From Amoebophrya sp. A120 (Eukaryota > Protista > Dinoflagellata), in the NCBI GenBank assembly GCA_905178155.1, contig CAJINV010000025.1, forward strand, positions 1 through 64,000: a DNA stretch of 64,000 nucleotides, given 5' to 3'. Each line of letters begins with the position of its first letter. Positions within the stretch are counted from its first letter, which is position 1. Positions 62,670 to 64,000 of this stretch are shown piece after piece. Made by a program: the position numbers and the translations under genes. Below the pieces are notes generated by a model. That model was not told the DNA's origin. It ran no database searches and saw only the letters and a list, made by a program, of their open reading frames with translations.

Positions 62670-63191
62670 CGGACGCGATCAGAAGGAAAAAGCAGCAACG
62701 GAAAATGATCGAGCAGTATTGCAATCATGCATTACAAATTTTTTTCTTAAGGTAAATCTGCATTACAAATTTTATTTCATCTCATGCTGAACCTCCGGGA
62801 GGGGGCGGCGGACGCTATCAGAAGGAAAAAGCAGCAACGGAAAATGATCGAGCAGTATTGCAATCATGCATTACAATTTTTTTTCTTAAGGTAAATCTGC
62901 ATTACAAATTTTATTTCATCTCATGCTGAACCTCCGGGAGGGGGCGGCGGACGCTATCAGAAGGAAAAAGCAGCAACGGAAAATGATCGAGCAGTATTGC
63001 AATCATGCATTACAAATTTTTTTCTTAAGGTAAATCTGCATTACAAATTTTATTTCATCTCATGCTGAACCTCCGGGAGGGGGCGGCGGACGCTATCAGA
63101 AGGAAAAAGCAGCAACGGAAAATGATCGAGCAGTATTGCAATCATGCATTACAAATTTTTTTCTTAAGGTAAATCTGCATTACAAATTTTA
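62670..63191. repeat. ~139-bp tandem repeat (3 full + 1 partial), each a chimera of family-C introner interior and foreign sequence
   Basis: atcagaaggaaaaagcagcaacgg recurs at ~62678, 62817, 62956 and 63096. Each is followed by gtattgcaatcatgcattacaaat...aaggtaaatctgcattacaaatttt, as in 17592-17662 and 51567-51638. Confidence 0.9.
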
Positions 63192-63930
63192 CCAGCCACC
63201 CCCCGGCGGAGGCCGCCGGGGAGGGAGGCTGTTCGGGGGAGGTGTTCCAACGGGGAAGGCGATGCCAAGGGTGGCGCGCCGCTGCACAACCAAAAAAAGC
63301 AGGCGGGGCCGCGGGCACACAAAGCGCAGGCGGGGTCTGACGGGGTTGGCCCAGAAAGCGCAGCGCACACACGCAGGCAGCGATACCTCCGCGGCCTGCG
63401 TTCTTTGTTGGCGAAAAAAGCAGCGCCCGGGGCCGGGGGTTGTTGGCCTTTCTTGGAAGGGGAGTTGGTTGCAGGGGTGCACCCTGAACAGGGGGAGTGC
63501 CGCTTCTACAAAGTGGCGAGCTGGAATCCTGTTAGGCAGCGAGCACGCGGCGGGGCCTGCATGTGCTTGCGAAGGCTAATGCGCTATGCTTGCGCCGAGA
63601 GACAACGGGCAGAGAAAAGCTGTCGCTACTTTAGTCGCAACCACTTTCGCGCCGCTACAAAGACGCAACACCTGCTGCCCGCGCGCGGGCACTGTGTGAA
63701 GTTGCGGCCACCCTAGGTGGCCGCCTACGTTAAGGCGTGGCGCCGCGCCCCCCCCGGGGGACGCAGAGCGGCGCATGCACTTTGAACAGCCGCCCTGGTC
63801 TGCCCTGGAGTCAAAAAAGAAAAACTTGCAGGGGAGGCCTGAACTTTTAGGCCCTAGCTTTGTTTATTCTTACTCTAGGACACAGGCACTGCGCGCAGAC
63901 GGGCGAGCTTCACTGTGCGGGCGGTTCTGG

Positions 63931-64000
63931 TAGAGGGTCCGGGAGAGGGTCCCGGAGAGGGTCCGGGAGAGGTTCGGAGAGGGTCCGGGAAAAGTTCGGA
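63931..64000. repeat. 12-bp tandem repeat (gagggtccggga)n running off the window
   Basis: About 5-6 imperfect copies; resembles the gaggattccgga core of the 114-bp repeat at 13.3 kb. Confidence 0.75.

Noticed and set aside
1-64000. rRNA, tRNA or dinoflagellate spliced-leader relics
   Set aside because: None recognised by eye; a covariance-model search was not possible.

Overview
This is eukaryotic genomic DNA, inferred from intron architecture to be a syndinian dinoflagellate parasite of the Amoebophrya type; the taxon cannot be confirmed from sequence alone. About 60 short elements (mostly 145-360 bp) from at least nine unrelated terminal-inverted-repeat (TIR) families interrupt the coding sequence. 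Most begin TAT and end ATA, are flanked by a 5-bp direct repeat (DR), lack GT-AG ends, and carry many copies of one internal motif (TGTnnTGC/GCAnnACA). Removing each element plus one DR copy restores the reading frame, so they behave as non-canonical 'introner' introns. Splicing them out by hand gives (i) an 18.6-kb FH1-FH2 formin gene (34289-52936) with 34 introners and 2 GT-AG introns, and (ii) a large protein with an N-terminal bacterial-type HicA mRNase domain (54821-61622). Several unknown or coiled-coil genes are also present. The most striking feature is that the middle of the formin gene (45855-49944) lies on the opposite strand between two introners whose DRs are swapped, like a scrambled ciliate gene with pointers; an assembly artefact is not excluded. 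The window also holds an intron-free Penelope-like retroelement with an N-terminal GIY-YIG domain behind an in-frame TGA, several insertions nested inside introners, and hairpin-forming tandem repeats. No transposase for the introners is recognisable here.
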